A stretch of 62,911 nt of DNA from Bacillota bacterium (GCA_035417425.1 DAOLPD010000001.1:1-62911); one strand, 5' to 3'; shown: positions 38,731 through 52,271, counted from the first letter of the stretch. Made by a program: numbers and translations. The notes: generated by a model from the sequence alone, not told the origin.

Positions 38731-40272
38731 ATGATAAAGAGGGCGCTCATAAGCGTTTCGGACAAAACCGGAATAGTTGATCTGGCCAGGGAACTGGCAA
38801 AGCAAGGGGTGGAGATAATTTCAACAGGGGGCACTGCGAAAGCTCTCGCGGATGCAGGAATAAAGGTTATCGGAATATCCGATATAACAGGCTTTCCCGA
38901 GTGTTTGGACGGAAGGGTCAAGACACTGCATCCCAATATCCACGGCGGGCTTCTGGCAATAAGGGACAAGGCGGAGCATATGGATAAGCTCCGTGAACTG
39001 GGGATCGGGACTATAGATATGGTAGTTGTCAATCTTTATCCCTTCAGAAAGACAATAGAAAAAGAAGGCACAGAGCTTCCTGAAGCTATAGAAAACATAG
39101 ACATCGGAGGACCCTCCATGCTCAGGGCGGCAGCCAAGAACTACAAGTATGTAACGGTTGTCGTGGATCCCAAGGACTATTCGAAGGTGCTTTCCGAAAT
39201 CAATAACAACGGAGATACAACTGAAGCAACAAGGTTTGAGCTTGCTGCCAAGGTTTTTTCACATACCGCCAGCTATGATGCTTTGATAGGCAATTATTTA
39301 TGGTCTAAGGCGGGATTGCCGAAGTATCCGGAGACAGTGACCATGACATTTGAAAAGGTACAGGAACTGAGATATGGGGAAAATCCGCACCAGGGGGCAG
39401 CATATTATAAGGAAATGAAAAAGGTCAGCGGCAGTATTGCTGCAGCAGTGCAGCTTCACGGCAAGGAACTTTCCTTTAATAATATAAACGATGCCAATGC
39501 AGCACTGGAAATCCTGAAGGAATTCGACGAGCCCGCAGTTGTGGCGGTAAAGCATGCAAATCCCTGCGGAGTAGGCGTCGGAAGCAGCATATATGAGGCA
39601 TACATGAAAGCTTATGAGGGGGATCCTGTATCCATATTCGGCGGCATTATAGCCCTTAACAGGGAAGTGGATGAAAGGACGGCATCGGAAATCGGGAAGA
39701 TATTCGTGGAAATAGTGATCGCGCCTTCCTATTCGGAAGAAGCCATGAATGTCCTTACCGGCAAGAAGAACATCAGAATAATGAAGCTTGAGGATATAAG
39801 CCGCAAGCCGGAGGCAGACATAGATGTGAAAAAGGTAGGGGGCGGACTGCTTATTCAGGATGCGGACTGGGCAGACTTTGACATGGCTGATATAAATTAT
39901 ATTACCGACAGAAAACCTACCGAGAAGGAAATGCAGGATATGCTTTTTGCATGGAAGGTGGTAAAGCATGTAAAGTCCAATGCCATTGTAGTTGCAAAAG
40001 ACGGTATGACTCTAGGTATAGGACCCGGCCAGACCAACAGGATATGGTCCGCAAATATGAGCCTTGAGCGTTCAGGAGAAAAGGCAAAAGGAGCCGTTAT
40101 AGCCTCAGATGCATACTTCCCCTTCGGTGATGTGGTGGAATCCGCCGCAAAGGCAGGAATAACGGCAATTATCCAACCGGGAGGGTCAATAAATGACCGG
40201 CTGTCCATAGACGGATGCAACAAGTATGGAATTGCGATGATATTTACCGGGGTGCGACACTTCAAACATTAG
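38731..40272 (+). CDS. purH: Bifunctional AICAR formyltransferase / IMP cyclohydrolase
   Basis: [19 protein letters not shown] and AVKHANPCG. Confidence 0.95.
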   Translation: MIKRALISVSDKTGIVDLARELAKQGVEIISTGGTAKALADAGIKVIGISDITGFPECLDGRVKTLHPNIHGGLLAIRDKAEHMDKLRELGIGTIDMVVVNLYPFRKTIEKEGTELPEAIENIDIGGPSMLRAAAKNYKYVTVVVDPKDYSKVLSEINNNGDTTEATRFELAAKVFSHTASYDALIGNYLWSKAGLPKYPETVTMTFEKVQELRYGENPHQGAAYYKEMKKVSGSIAAAVQLHGKELSFNNINDANAALEILKEFDEPAVVAVKHANPCGVGVGSSIYEAYMKAYEGDPVSIFGGIIALNREVDERTASEIGKIFVEIVIAPSYSEEAMNVLTGKKNIRIMKLEDISRKPEADIDVKKVGGGLLIQDADWADFDMADINYITDRKPTEKEMQDMLFAWKVVKHVKSNAIVVAKDGMTLGIGPGQTNRIWSANMSLERSGEKAKGAVIASDAYFPFGDVVESAAKAGITAIIQPGGSINDRLSIDGCNKYGIAMIFTGVRHFKH

Positions 40273-40365
40273 GTTTAAGGTGCTTCACCTTGAACGCCTT
40301 GAACTCTTTGCCTCTAATGCGTTAAACAAGTTAAAAAAATAATTATGCGGAAGGGAGGATAAAAC

Positions 40366-41628
40366 TTGAAAGTACTTGTAGTCGGAAGCGGCGGAAGGGA
40401 ACATACCCTAGTTTGGAAGATAGCACAGAGCAAGCTGGTGGATAAAGTTTACTGCGCGCCGGGGAACGGCGGAATCGGTGAGCTTGCCGAATGTGTGGAC
40501 ATAAAGGCCGATGACATTGACGGGCTCTTGGAATTTGCCCGGTCCGAAGGAATCGGGCTTACGGTGGTGGGCCCGGAGGCACCTTTGAGCCTGGGTATAG
40601 CAGATTGTTTTGAGAAAAATGGTATGAGAATATTCGGGCCTTGCCGGAAGGGCGCTATGCTTGAAAGCAGCAAGGCATTTTCAAAGGACTTCATGATAAG
40701 GAACAAAATACCAACCGCAGCTTATAAGGTATATTATGAAGCTGAAAAGGCCAAGGCAGGGCTTGATGATTTCGGCTATCCCGTAGTAATAAAAGCCGAC
40801 GGACTTGCGGCAGGAAAGGGTGTAATAATAGCTCAGAACAGGGAAGAAGCAATTTCTGCCATTGATGATATGCTCACCGGCAGGAAGTTCGGAGAGGCAG
40901 GCTCAAAGATTGTTGTTGAGGAGTTCCTAAGGGGCAAGGAAGCTTCGATACTTGCTTTTGTAGACGGAAAGGTCGCAGTACCCATGGTAAGCGCCCAGGA
41001 TTACAAGAGAGCCCTGGACAATGACGAAGGGCTGAACACCGGCGGGATGGGCGCGGTATCTCCCGCATTCTATTATGATGAAGCGACAGCTGAAGTGGTG
41101 GAAAGGGACATAATCCGGAGGACGGTTGAAGCATTGAAAGCAGAGGGTATCTGTTACAAAGGGGTTTTATACTTCGGAATCATGATAACCGATAAGGGCC
41201 CCAAGGTATTGGAATACAACGCCAGGTTCGGGGATCCCGAGACAGAGGTGGTGCTGTTAAGGCTCGAGTCCGATCTGGTTGAGATAATGAATTCGGTAAT
41301 AGACGGAAAGCTTGAAGCTCAGAAAATCCAATGGAAAGAGGAACAGGCAGTTTGCGTAGTAATGGCTTCGGGAGGGTATCCGGAGCATTACGAAAAGGGC
41401 TATGAAATAAAGGGATTGGATAAAGCTGCTCATATCGACGGAGTAATGGTATTCCATGCCGGAACAAAAAATGCTTCCGGTAAAATCCATACTGCCGGAG
41501 GCCGTGTGCTTGTGGTAAGCGCTGTTGCAAAAAATTATGAAGAGGCGAGAGACAAAGCATATGGCGCAATCAGCGACATAAATTTTGAAAAAGCACATTA
41601 CAGAAAAGATATAGGGAAAAAAGATTAA
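40366..41628 (+). CDS. purD: Phosphoribosylamine-glycine ligase
   Basis: TTG start after GGGAGG. VLVVGSGGREH and EYNARFGDPE. Confidence 0.95.
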   Translation: MKVLVVGSGGREHTLVWKIAQSKLVDKVYCAPGNGGIGELAECVDIKADDIDGLLEFARSEGIGLTVVGPEAPLSLGIADCFEKNGMRIFGPCRKGAMLESSKAFSKDFMIRNKIPTAAYKVYYEAEKAKAGLDDFGYPVVIKADGLAAGKGVIIAQNREEAISAIDDMLTGRKFGEAGSKIVVEEFLRGKEASILAFVDGKVAVPMVSAQDYKRALDNDEGLNTGGMGAVSPAFYYDEATAEVVERDIIRRTVEALKAEGICYKGVLYFGIMITDKGPKVLEYNARFGDPETEVVLLRLESDLVEIMNSVIDGKLEAQKIQWKEEQAVCVVMASGGYPEHYEKGYEIKGLDKAAHIDGVMVFHAGTKNASGKIHTAGGRVLVVSAVAKNYEEARDKAYGAISDINFEKAHYRKDIGKKD

Positions 41629-41643
41629 ATTATTGAATTGATT

Positions 41644-41672
41644 ATAAAGCTCTGAAATGGGCTTTATTTTTC
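41644..41672 (+). terminator. Terminator after the pur operon
   Basis: ATAAAGC ... GCTTTAT stem followed by TTTTT. Confidence 0.5.
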
Positions 41673-41726
41673 TGCATATAATTAAGATTTTTTCTGCCGG
41701 GATTTGTGATTAATAATACATGCTTT

Positions 41727-41742
41727 AGTGACATAAATCACA
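41727..41742. promoter_or_regulatory. CRP/FNR- or Rex-like inverted repeat
   Basis: AGTGACATAAATCACA (GTGA-N6-TCAC core) about 60 nt upstream of the Fe-S protein gene. Confidence 0.25.
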
Positions 41743-41803
41743 TTCAAGTTTGTTTTCTGCGGATATAATAAAATCAAAGAAAAAAAACTTGGAGGTAATT
41801 AAA

Positions 41804-42562
41804 ATGGCAATAAGAAAAATAGTTCATATTGATGAAGATAAATGCAATGGCTGCGGGCTTTGTGTGCCCAACTGCGCTGAAGGCGCCATAAAGATAATAG
41901 ACGGAAAAGCAAGGCTCATATCAGATAATCTTTGCGACGGCCTGGGAGCATGCCTTGGAGAATGCCCCCGCGGTGCAATCACAATTACTGAAAGGGAAGC
42001 TGCCGAATTTGATGAAAAGGCTGTTCATGAACATCTTAATAAGAAAGAAGAACATGCATGCAGCGGCCATCACGGACATTTCCATCATGGTGGCGGATGC
42101 CCGGGAAGCATGGCAAGAGAAATAAGCAGACAAAATAATATTTCAAAAGCAGAAGCAGTATCATCAGGAGATATAGAAGTAAAGATAAAGCCACAGCTGA
42201 CACAGTGGCCGGTACAATTGATGCTGGTGCCGGAAAAAGCACCATATTTTGAAAATGCGGATCTATTGATTACCGCAGACTGCGTGCCCTTTGCATATCC
42301 CAACTATCACCTGGACCTATTGAAGGGTAAGAAGGTTGTAGTGGGCTGCCCCAAACTGGACGATGTAGGCTATTATGTAGAGAAGCTGACTGGGATAATA
42401 AAGAATAACAATATAAACAGCGTAACGGTGGCATTTATGGAGGTCCCTTGCTGCGACGGAATTGTAAGAGCAGCTGAGGCTGCATTGGAAATGTCAGGCA
42501 AGAATATTCCCCTTCACAAAGTAAGAGTCAAAATCAGCGGAGAGGCTGAGAAACTCAGCTGA
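41804..42562 (+). CDS. 4Fe-4S dicluster domain protein with a Cys/His-rich linker and an uncharacterised C-terminal domain
   Basis: ATG at 41804 follows GGAGG. CNGCGLCVPNC, CDGLGACLGECP and HACSGHHGHFHHGGGC. Confidence 0.7.
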   Translation: MAIRKIVHIDEDKCNGCGLCVPNCAEGAIKIIDGKARLISDNLCDGLGACLGECPRGAITITEREAAEFDEKAVHEHLNKKEEHACSGHHGHFHHGGGCPGSMAREISRQNNISKAEAVSSGDIEVKIKPQLTQWPVQLMLVPEKAPYFENADLLITADCVPFAYPNYHLDLLKGKKVVVGCPKLDDVGYYVEKLTGIIKNNNINSVTVAFMEVPCCDGIVRAAEAALEMSGKNIPLHKVRVKISGEAEKLS

Positions 42563-42576
42563 ATCCGTTAAGATAA

Positions 42577-42610
42577 AGGGCGGCCATTATCGGCCGCCCT
42601 GCTTATTTTT
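42577..42610. terminator. Bidirectional terminator between convergent genes
   Basis: AGGGCGGCC ATTATC GGCCGCCCT, flanked by an A-run upstream and a T-run downstream. Confidence 0.7.
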
Positions 42611-43046
42611 TAGGCTTTACAAATTTTATCAAGATAATACCTGCTCCAATTAATATCAGATTGCCCGCCTTCAGCCCGGAATCGCTTTCAAGTGCGTTTA
42701 TATGAGGTAAGGCCTTGAAATACCTAATTGGAGCCATGATGACATTTGAGTCCGATACTTTAATATAAACTGCATCACGTATATCATAAGTAAATCCGTC
42801 TATTTTCACTCCTCCGGGAAGCGTAAAAGTATAGCTTACAACATAGGTATATCTGTTTGGCACCGCTTCGCCTCTTTCGCCACCCTGCCTTCGAATGCCG
42901 GTTATTACAGCAGTGCCCTTTTCACCGGCAAATCCCAGGGAGATCCGCAACAAGCCCAGGGCAATCATCATAACTGCAATAAGAATTACTAATAAAGGCC
43001 CGATTCTTTTTTTTAGACTGGTTCCGGACATGTGGCTATTCCCCAT
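42603..43046 (-). CDS. DUF3592-like membrane protein
   Basis: 147 aa. An N-terminal TM, a beta-rich middle, and a C-terminal TM. Confidence 0.5.
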   Translation of the reverse strand: MGNSHMSGTSLKKRIGPLLVILIAVMMIALGLLRISLGFAGEKGTAVITGIRRQGGERGEAVPNRYTYVVSYTFTLPGGVKIDGFTYDIRDAVYIKVSDSNVIMAPIRYFKALPHINALESDSGLKAGNLILIGAGIILIKFVKPKK

Positions 43047-43608
43047 TTACATTGAATTTGCTTAATATAATGTCACTGACCATTTGGAAGTTATCGTCAT
43101 TGCAGAACAAAGCGATTTTTTCCGCAAAACCCCCTCTGACAACTATAGATCTGGATTTGGGATACACCTTTACTTTGCTTATACTTTTCCATGCTATAAA
43201 TACCGATTGCCTTGTTTGAGCCAGCAATCCGGCACCGGCTGCAGAGGGCCTTTTTGAAAGCAGTCCGATGATAATGAGCAATGAGTTTACAATAAAGTTT
43301 TTCTTCGCTTGCTTTTTTTGAGTGTAGTTGAGGATTCCGTTCTTATCAATTAGATAACCGGCAGAGTATCTGCCCCCATATACAACCATGATAAACAGAA
43401 AACCTGCAATAAATAATAGACCGATTAAGGTCAGGGGATATTTTATTCCGGAAGCGGAAATGTCACCTCCTGAAGCAATAAAGAGAATGAGGATAAGCAG
43501 CCCGAAGGGAATTCCCAGCGCAATTCCCAGATCCTTTAAAATCACATTATTCTTGAATATAGGCACATCAATTTCCCAATAGAATTTGGTTTGTTCGTAT
43601 TTATCCAT
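43036..43608 (-). CDS. Hypothetical membrane protein
   Basis: Likely start is MDKYEQTKFYWE at 43608. Four hydrophobic segments. Confidence 0.5.
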   Translation of the reverse strand: MDKYEQTKFYWEIDVPIFKNNVILKDLGIALGIPFGLLILILFIASGGDISASGIKYPLTLIGLLFIAGFLFIMVVYGGRYSAGYLIDKNGILNYTQKKQAKKNFIVNSLLIIIGLLSKRPSAAGAGLLAQTRQSVFIAWKSISKVKVYPKSRSIVVRGGFAEKIALFCNDDNFQMVSDIILSKFNVNGE

Positions 43609-43695
43609 AATTATATACTCCGCTTGCTTGGTATAAATTGGTAATGCAATAACGGCAATAACTGCAGCAGATTGCATACAGTAATACCTATTTCT

Positions 43696-44241
43696 TCAGT
43701 TGACCAATTCCGGAATGATACCTGTCTCACGGCGGAACTTCTCAACGATATCCCGGAGCTCAGGTTCATTAATATTGCTATGCAGCAGTCTTATAGTTTC
43801 GCACTTTTCTCCTTTTCCGTAAGCTATAAGGATATAATCATGTCCGATCTCAACCTTTTTCAGGCTGATTCCTTCGGTATTGAATTTAATTATCTTTGAA
43901 TCAAGCAGAATTCCAAAACATGATACAAAGATTTCAATAGACTTTTTCATTTTGGATTCCGATTCTGTTTCAGCTGCTTCAATATGAATGATTTTATTTT
44001 CTATTATCAGCCTTGCAAAGGCATATCTTCTGTATTCATTCAGAGAGAATCCCAAGAACAGGATAGTTGTCACAATCGAGAATACAACAACTATATGAAA
44101 ATGTACGGCAAAGAGCATTAAGGAAATCAGAATCCCAAGACTGCTCAGCATCATATAAATCATAAGTTTACGCTTAATTGTATTCAAAGTTTTATCCCCC
44201 TTTAGGAATAAAGCTCCTCCCCTTTCTCCGGAGAGGAGCAT
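43696..44241 (-). CDS. Hypothetical membrane protein (2 TM plus a cytoplasmic domain)
   Basis: 181-aa ORF. The true start may be the internal TTG/ATG near 44187-44163. Confidence 0.45.
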   Translation of the reverse strand: MLLSGERGGALFLKGDKTLNTIKRKLMIYMMLSSLGILISLMLFAVHFHIVVVFSIVTTILFLGFSLNEYRRYAFARLIIENKIIHIEAAETESESKMKKSIEIFVSCFGILLDSKIIKFNTEGISLKKVEIGHDYILIAYGKGEKCETIRLLHSNINEPELRDIVEKFRRETGIIPELVN

Positions 44242-44260
44242 ATATTATCCATACTCAGGA

Positions 44261-46009
44261 TTATTCTTCGTATACTATTACTGCTTCCTTGGTGCTGTTA
44301 ATCCAGTCCACTTTACAGTTGAGGTTCTCTGCTGCAAATCTTACCGGTACAAAGGTTCTTCCGTTCTTAGAAACAGGGGCTACATCCATTTTCTGGCTGA
44401 CTCCGTTTATTTTTATATCAGTTTTGTCCAACCACATTTCAACCACATTTCCTCTGGCTGTCAGTGTTATCTTACGGGTGTCTTGATCCCAGCCTATCGT
44501 GCCTCCCATGGCTTCCACGACGGCACGGATTGGTACCATCGTTCTTCCTGCAATGGTCATAGGCGAGGTGCTGCGTCCCGGGTCCACTTCCTGGATTACT
44601 CCGTCCACACTCATATTCGGGTTGTCAAGCTTGAGCATGATGAAGTGCTTAAAGCTTCCGGGCTTGTAGACCTGGCTGCCTGTTGTTACTGTATATGTGG
44701 CAATTGCAGCACCCAGTTTTTCATCTATTCCTTCGAAGGGTTTTGCTTCTGCGAGTACCGGCTTTACAGTGTAATAGTAAGTGGTGTTGGCTTCTATATT
44801 TACATCAGCATAAGAGGTGCCGGTTATATAAAAGTCAGTTACTGATATGCCAAGGTCACTTTTGGAGGTTGACCTGAACAGCCTGTATCCCAATCCGTCA
44901 GCAGGCTGCCACATTATCCTTGATCCGGATTCAAATGTTTCTGCATTGCTTCCTGCCGAATTGGCCTGAGTTGTTGTAATTACAGGTGCAGGAGATGTTG
45001 CTGCCGGTTTTGGTGCGGGAATAACCTCAGTAATACGCATGCTGCCATCCCAATTACTCCAGCTTCCTTCTGAACCGTAGCGCCATCTGCCGGTAAAGCT
45101 TTTCCCGTCGGCGGACATTGTAAGCTCCATGTCACCGGCATCGGACGGTGGTGAATAGGATGGGGACTCGGACCAGGTACCGGTAAAGACATTTCCGGAT
45201 ATTGTGCCGTTGATTTTTCCGCTGTCGTGGGTATAGGTACCTGTAACAGAAGCACCGTTTTGGGTTATTAACATTTTACCCCAGTTGCTGTCCCATTCCC
45301 CTGCCCAGGAGTAGGTACCAAGATAGGTAGTTCCTGATGAAATGGGAGCAGCATTTGCTGATGAAGTTTGCTTCCATTCATAGGTATATCTTACACCTAC
45401 CGAACCCGGTGAGCCTGCATAAACTCCCATGTATAGGGCTTGCTTATCTCCAGGGCGGCCTTCTCCTATGAAGTTTAGGGTCATATCTGCCGTAAAGGAT
45501 TGTTGTGCCTGTGCATCTTGATTGTATCCTATTCCCGGATACTTTGCCGCGGTACCGTCAGCATAGGTTATTTTAGCAATTACCTTGCTGGCTGTGGCAC
45601 TTCCGATATCCAAACCTTCCATGTCCATATGAAAGTAAGGATTGAAGCCGATACTGTAATTCCCGTTTCTGTTGCTGATTACATTCTGTTCTAGCTTTAA
45701 AGTCACTGTCTGGTTTGGCATTATGGTGCTTGGAGGATTACTCCAGGTATATATTGCGTGCATATTTGTCGGGTTGTCATAGTCCTTAGAAGCATATACA
45801 CCTAAGCCGTAAGGCCATGCATACTTCAATTCTATAGTGTTACCTTTAAGACTGCCGTAAAAGCTATCTGCTTCAGGTACCGGATATTCGTGAGTATCCA
45901 CCAGCACCCATGCATATCCTCCCTCCGCTGCCGATACAACCGTTGTAAATCCCGCAGCCATACTAAAGAGGAGCGCAAATGTAATAACTATCGATAACAT
46001 TTTCTTCAT
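44261..46009 (-). CDS. Secreted protein with a C-terminal copper amine oxidase N-terminal (stalk) domain and an Fn3-like region
   Basis: Signal peptide [27 protein letters not shown]. The C-terminus reads [20 protein letters not shown]...[14 protein letters not shown]. Confidence 0.75.
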   Translation of the reverse strand: MKKMLSIVITFALLFSMAAGFTTVVSAAEGGYAWVLVDTHEYPVPEADSFYGSLKGNTIELKYAWPYGLGVYASKDYDNPTNMHAIYTWSNPPSTIMPNQTVTLKLEQNVISNRNGNYSIGFNPYFHMDMEGLDIGSATASKVIAKITYADGTAAKYPGIGYNQDAQAQQSFTADMTLNFIGEGRPGDKQALYMGVYAGSPGSVGVRYTYEWKQTSSANAAPISSGTTYLGTYSWAGEWDSNWGKMLITQNGASVTGTYTHDSGKINGTISGNVFTGTWSESPSYSPPSDAGDMELTMSADGKSFTGRWRYGSEGSWSNWDGSMRITEVIPAPKPAATSPAPVITTTQANSAGSNAETFESGSRIMWQPADGLGYRLFRSTSKSDLGISVTDFYITGTSYADVNIEANTTYYYTVKPVLAEAKPFEGIDEKLGAAIATYTVTTGSQVYKPGSFKHFIMLKLDNPNMSVDGVIQEVDPGRSTSPMTIAGRTMVPIRAVVEAMGGTIGWDQDTRKITLTARGNVVEMWLDKTDIKINGVSQKMDVAPVSKNGRTFVPVRFAAENLNCKVDWINSTKEAVIVYEE

Positions 46010-46116
46010 AAAAATTCCCCTTTCTCATATTCAGACACTGAATAGTTATTGATTCAAATATATCCCATATGAGCCAAAAAAGTCGTCACCCGAAATGGGT
46101 GATTACGGTGATTTAA

Positions 46117-46150
46117 ATAAAAAATCTCTCACACGATAATAGTGAGAGAT
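46117..46150 (-). terminator. Terminator after the LuxR-type gene
   Basis: On the minus strand: ATCTCTCAC TATTATCGT GTGAGAGAT followed by T6. Confidence 0.6.
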
Positions 46151-46178
46151 ATGGAATCTTTCATTAAAAGCATTACAG

Positions 46179-47579
46179 CTAGGGGGTTTCCTTTTCCGTC
46201 AGCAGCTTTATAAGCTCAGTCTTGCTCTGAATGTTGAATTTGGAGTAGATGTTTTTTATATGTGTTTTTATAGTGTTCTCACTGAGATAAAGCTCATCGG
46301 CAATCATCTTGTAGGTCCGGCCTTTGAGAAGCAGGGCTGCTATTTCACTTTCCCGCTCGGTAAGCTGGCCGATGACTGCAAAATTTTCAATTGCTTTTTT
46401 CTGTTTCGACGGTTCAATTTCACTCAAGGCCGTCAGGAAAATATGGTTTTTCAAGAGGCCGGAAAGATGCCTGTGCAGCAGCGGAAGTATGATGAGGACT
46501 ATAAATACTACTACAAGCGCCAATACGGATGAGTCAATACTTCCTGTATTCGAATCGGCGATGGTGCTTCCAATCATCCCGCCGATCAATACTCCGAAAA
46601 CATTTGCGGAAAGCCCGATACCAAGGATTTTTGCCGGATTATCGTGATAATCCAGCATTTCTCCCAGGATGCTCCACCAGAACAGGTCATATACGCCGCA
46701 GGCCCCCAGCATCAGGGTATCTATGATAAGATAGCTTGCGGCAGAACGGTCAAGCATCATAAATCCTACAGATGAAAGGCCTATCATTGCAATGGCAACG
46801 TAGAGTATGTAGCTTCTGTTGGCTTTGCCGGAAAGGTTTCTGACAATATATAAGGCTGCTATATAGGGTAAGGCCCAATACCAGCTGACTAGCCACTCAT
46901 GATGGGCAAAGGCGGGATTGATGACCTGATACATCAAGCCGGAATTAATGGTGATTATGACGATAAACAAGCATAAAAAGGCCAAAGGCTTTATGGGACT
47001 GACAGCCTTTATAGGCTGTCTGGTATGCCTTTCTTCAGCTGTATTCTGATCCACAGCCAATTTAGTATGAAAAAACAATGATATTGAAAGCATGAGTATG
47101 GACAGTGCAAGCCCCAAATAAGAAGATATAAGGACGGCAGCAGTATTTATAATAACCATGAGGATATTTGAATAGATCAGGACATCGGCTATGATTTTAA
47201 TTCGTTCATAGGAGAAAGCAAGCATTTTGAAGTAGAAGCCCCAGGCTGCCACACAAGCACCGGACAGGAATGACAATATCAGAAGCGATATATGCCACAT
47301 TATTGAAGGTACAAAGAAAAAAACTATAGTTCCGAGTATACAAACAGGAATGGAAAAAAGCATTAAACCCTTTGCAGCTTTAATTGATTTTATAAAAAAT
47401 CCGCAGACAAACAGACCGATAAAATGAGCTGCAATTGATCCGAAGGTCAGCCCATTTATGTTGACATTATTTATACCTGCAATTGTAAGCAGTACCTGTC
47501 CTCCGAAGAGGAAGGACAGGAGCCATGAAGAAAAGGATGAAAAGGCAATAACTGTTAGGCTGCGTTTATTCCTCAACAA
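46179..47579 (-). CDS. Membrane-embedded LuxR-family regulator (about 10-12 TM segments plus a C-terminal HTH)
   Basis: C-terminal LTERESEIAALLLKGRTYKMIADELYLSENTIKTHIKNIYSKF is a GerE/LuxR HTH. Confidence 0.8.
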   Translation of the reverse strand: MLRNKRSLTVIAFSSFSSWLLSFLFGGQVLLTIAGINNVNINGLTFGSIAAHFIGLFVCGFFIKSIKAAKGLMLFSIPVCILGTIVFFFVPSIMWHISLLILSFLSGACVAAWGFYFKMLAFSYERIKIIADVLIYSNILMVIINTAAVLISSYLGLALSILMLSISLFFHTKLAVDQNTAEERHTRQPIKAVSPIKPLAFLCLFIVIITINSGLMYQVINPAFAHHEWLVSWYWALPYIAALYIVRNLSGKANRSYILYVAIAMIGLSSVGFMMLDRSAASYLIIDTLMLGACGVYDLFWWSILGEMLDYHDNPAKILGIGLSANVFGVLIGGMIGSTIADSNTGSIDSSVLALVVVFIVLIILPLLHRHLSGLLKNHIFLTALSEIEPSKQKKAIENFAVIGQLTERESEIAALLLKGRTYKMIADELYLSENTIKTHIKNIYSKFNIQSKTELIKLLTEKETP

Positions 47580-47724
47580 AAATGGTACCCCCGGTCTTTA
47601 TATAAATTAATGCTTTATGGATTAATTATACTTTGAAATGTGCATTATTCCAAGAGCAGCATCAGAAAATAATATAGAACACAGGCTGAAATTTTTTACT
47701 GTGTTCTATATGGATTTTTATTTC

Positions 47725-47907
47725 CTATTTTGAATTCTTGTTTTTATTATTAATAATATCCTCATGATTCATATAAGAATTCACCAACTCCTCAGCCTGG
47801 GCTTCTTCATTGTCCGGATTATAATTTTCGGGGAACCAGTAGGAATTATATTTACGCTCTATTATGGGATACTTCTCTCCGTTGTACGTTTCATCTATTA
47901 TATTCAT
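47725..47907 (-). CDS. Small acidic hypothetical protein
   Basis: 60-aa ORF. No family recognised. Confidence 0.3.
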   Translation of the reverse strand: MNIIDETYNGEKYPIIERKYNSYWFPENYNPDNEEAQAEELVNSYMNHEDIINNKNKNSK

Positions 47908-48093
47908 GGCTTCACCTCATTTTCGTTGACATAAAATCTCACCTCGTTTTATTTTTAGCTGTTTTCATTTTTATATTCATTGAAAGCAAAAGGTGCATGG
48001 GCTTCAAATGCGGCCATGGCCGCATTTGTTCTTCTCTTTATGGGAAGGATGCTTTATAATAGTATTTAACAAAAGAAACTACCGGAGGTACTG

Positions 48094-50019
48094 ATGAATT
48101 ATTTGGATAACCTGAACAAAGAGCAGCGGGAAGCAGTGCTGCACACCGAAGGACCGCTTCTGATACTTGCAGGGGCAGGCAGCGGCAAGACAAGAGTACT
48201 TACATACAGGATAGCCCATTTGATAGATGAAAAGGGTGTATATCCTTCGAATATACTTGCAATAACCTTCACCAACAAAGCGGCCAGGGAAATGAAGGAG
48301 AGAGTTCACAGACTTATAGGCAATACCGATAACATGTGGATCTCCACCTTTCATTCGGCTTGTGTCAGAATGCTGAGAAAAAATGTAGAAAGCCTCAAGG
48401 GATATAAGAAGAATTTTGTGATATATGATACCAAGGATCAGGAAACTCTGATAAAAGAATGCCTAAAGGAACTGAATCTCAATGAGAAGAATTTTCCCTT
48501 CAGGGTCGTATCTTCTGAAATATCCGCAGCGAAGGACAGGCTGATGACTCCCCGGGAGTTTTATGATAAGAACATGCATGATATCAGAAGAAGGAAGCTT
48601 GCGGATATATACATGCTGTACCAGAAAAAGCTCGAGAAAAACAATGCCTTGGATTTTGACGACATAATCAGCAAGACGGTGGAGCTTTTTAAACTGAATC
48701 CGGATATATTGGAATATTATCAGAATAAGTTCAGATACATTATGGTGGATGAATACCAGGACACAAACTTCAGCCAGTATACCTTTATCAGGCTTCTTGC
48801 AGCGCAGCACAGGAATATCTGTGTTGTTGGGGACGATGACCAGGGCATATACAGCTTCAGGGGAGCGGATATCGGAAATATACTGAACTTTGAGAAGGAC
48901 TTCCCCGGAGCCAAAGTGGTCAAGCTGGAGCAGAACTACCGATCCACAGAAACAATACTGGAAGCTGCCAATGCGGTAATAAGCAATAATTACGGCAGAA
49001 AGAGCAAGAAGCTGTGGACTGACAGGGGAACAGGCCGTTCCATAATATATCACTATGCTTTGGATGAAAGGGAAGAGGCCAATTTCATAATGGACGAGGT
49101 TGAAAGGATGATTGCCCAGGAAAACCGAAAGCTGGGGGAATTTGCTATATTGTACCGTACCAATGCCCAGTCCCGTGTACTTGAGGAAACTTGCATGTCC
49201 CACGGACTGCCCTATAGGATAGTAGGGGGCTTCAAGTTCTATGACAGGAAGGAAGTAAAGGACATCATCGCTTATCTGAGGGTTATCCAGAATCCCGATG
49301 AGGATTTGAGCCTTAAAAGGATAATAAATATCCCCAAAAGAGGCATAGGGAATTCAACTCTGGAAGCGATATCCCAATATGCCCGGGCTACGGGAGATTC
49401 CATGTTCGGTGCCCTGCTTGAGGTTGACAGAATTGAAGGAGTCGGCACAAAAGCAAAAAAGGGAATCAAGGAATTTGTTAAGCTTATGAGCGATCTTATG
49501 GGCATAGCGGAGACTGAAAGGGTATCAATAATTGTAAAGGAAGTGCTGGAACGCACGGGATATCTTGACGAGCTTGAAAAGGACGGAGATGAAGAATCCC
49601 TGACGAGAGCTGAGAATATCAAGGAGCTGTTATCTGCGACCTTTGAGTTCGAGGAGTTGAATGAAAGTGCCTTATTGCCTGAGTTTCTTGAACAGATGGC
49701 TCTTATGTCCGATATAGATACAGTGGAGGAAGGCAAAGACGCCTTGATAATGATGACCTTGCACAGTGCAAAAGGCCTTGAATTCCCCTTCGTATTCATT
49801 TCTGGCATGGAGGAGGGGGTATTTCCCAGCCAGAGGTCATACTTCGAAGACAAGCAGATGGAGGAGGAAAGGCGGCTGATGTATGTAGGCATAACCAGGG
49901 CAAAGGAAAGGCTTTACCTGACAGCCGCATTTGAACGCACATTGTATGGGAATACTACCTTTAATACAATTTCAAAATTTGTACGGGAGATTCCAAAGGA
50001 GCTATTGGTAAAAGTTTAG
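48094..50019 (+). CDS. pcrA: UvrD/PcrA-type ATP-dependent DNA helicase (short, 641 aa)
   Basis: AGAGSGKT, DEYQDTN, VGDDDQGIYSFRGA and TLHSAKGLEF. Confidence 0.85.
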   Translation: MNYLDNLNKEQREAVLHTEGPLLILAGAGSGKTRVLTYRIAHLIDEKGVYPSNILAITFTNKAAREMKERVHRLIGNTDNMWISTFHSACVRMLRKNVESLKGYKKNFVIYDTKDQETLIKECLKELNLNEKNFPFRVVSSEISAAKDRLMTPREFYDKNMHDIRRRKLADIYMLYQKKLEKNNALDFDDIISKTVELFKLNPDILEYYQNKFRYIMVDEYQDTNFSQYTFIRLLAAQHRNICVVGDDDQGIYSFRGADIGNILNFEKDFPGAKVVKLEQNYRSTETILEAANAVISNNYGRKSKKLWTDRGTGRSIIYHYALDEREEANFIMDEVERMIAQENRKLGEFAILYRTNAQSRVLEETCMSHGLPYRIVGGFKFYDRKEVKDIIAYLRVIQNPDEDLSLKRIINIPKRGIGNSTLEAISQYARATGDSMFGALLEVDRIEGVGTKAKKGIKEFVKLMSDLMGIAETERVSIIVKEVLERTGYLDELEKDGDEESLTRAENIKELLSATFEFEELNESALLPEFLEQMALMSDIDTVEEGKDALIMMTLHSAKGLEFPFVFISGMEEGVFPSQRSYFEDKQMEEERRLMYVGITRAKERLYLTAAFERTLYGNTTFNTISKFVREIPKELLVKV

Positions 50020-50028
50020 ATTATTAGT

Positions 50029-50196
50029 TTGTATATTTATTGCAACGCAGCCGGAGCTTCAAAGCCAGACACTTCTAAACTCGTTCCGGGCTGCATCAAA
50101 ACTCGCTTCGCTCAAACAGTTGATGCAGCTGATCCTCCACTTCGTTAAGAAGTTCTAGCGCTTCTCCGCAAGGCTGCTTATACAATAAATATACAA
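50029..50196. repeat. Long imperfect inverted repeat (~168 nt) between pcrA and ligA
   Basis: The outer 14 nt TTGTATATTTATTG / CAATAAATATACAA are perfect. Inner paired blocks are GCAGCC/GGCTGC, CGGAG/CTCCG, ACTTCTAA/TTAAGAAGT and CTGCATCAA/TTGATGCAG, with a 20-nt loop. Confidence 0.6.
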
Positions 50197-50243
50197 GCAT
50201 AATACATATAACTTTACTTCCTGATGTTATTTAGGAATAATAG

Positions 50244-52271
<2,028 letters not shown>

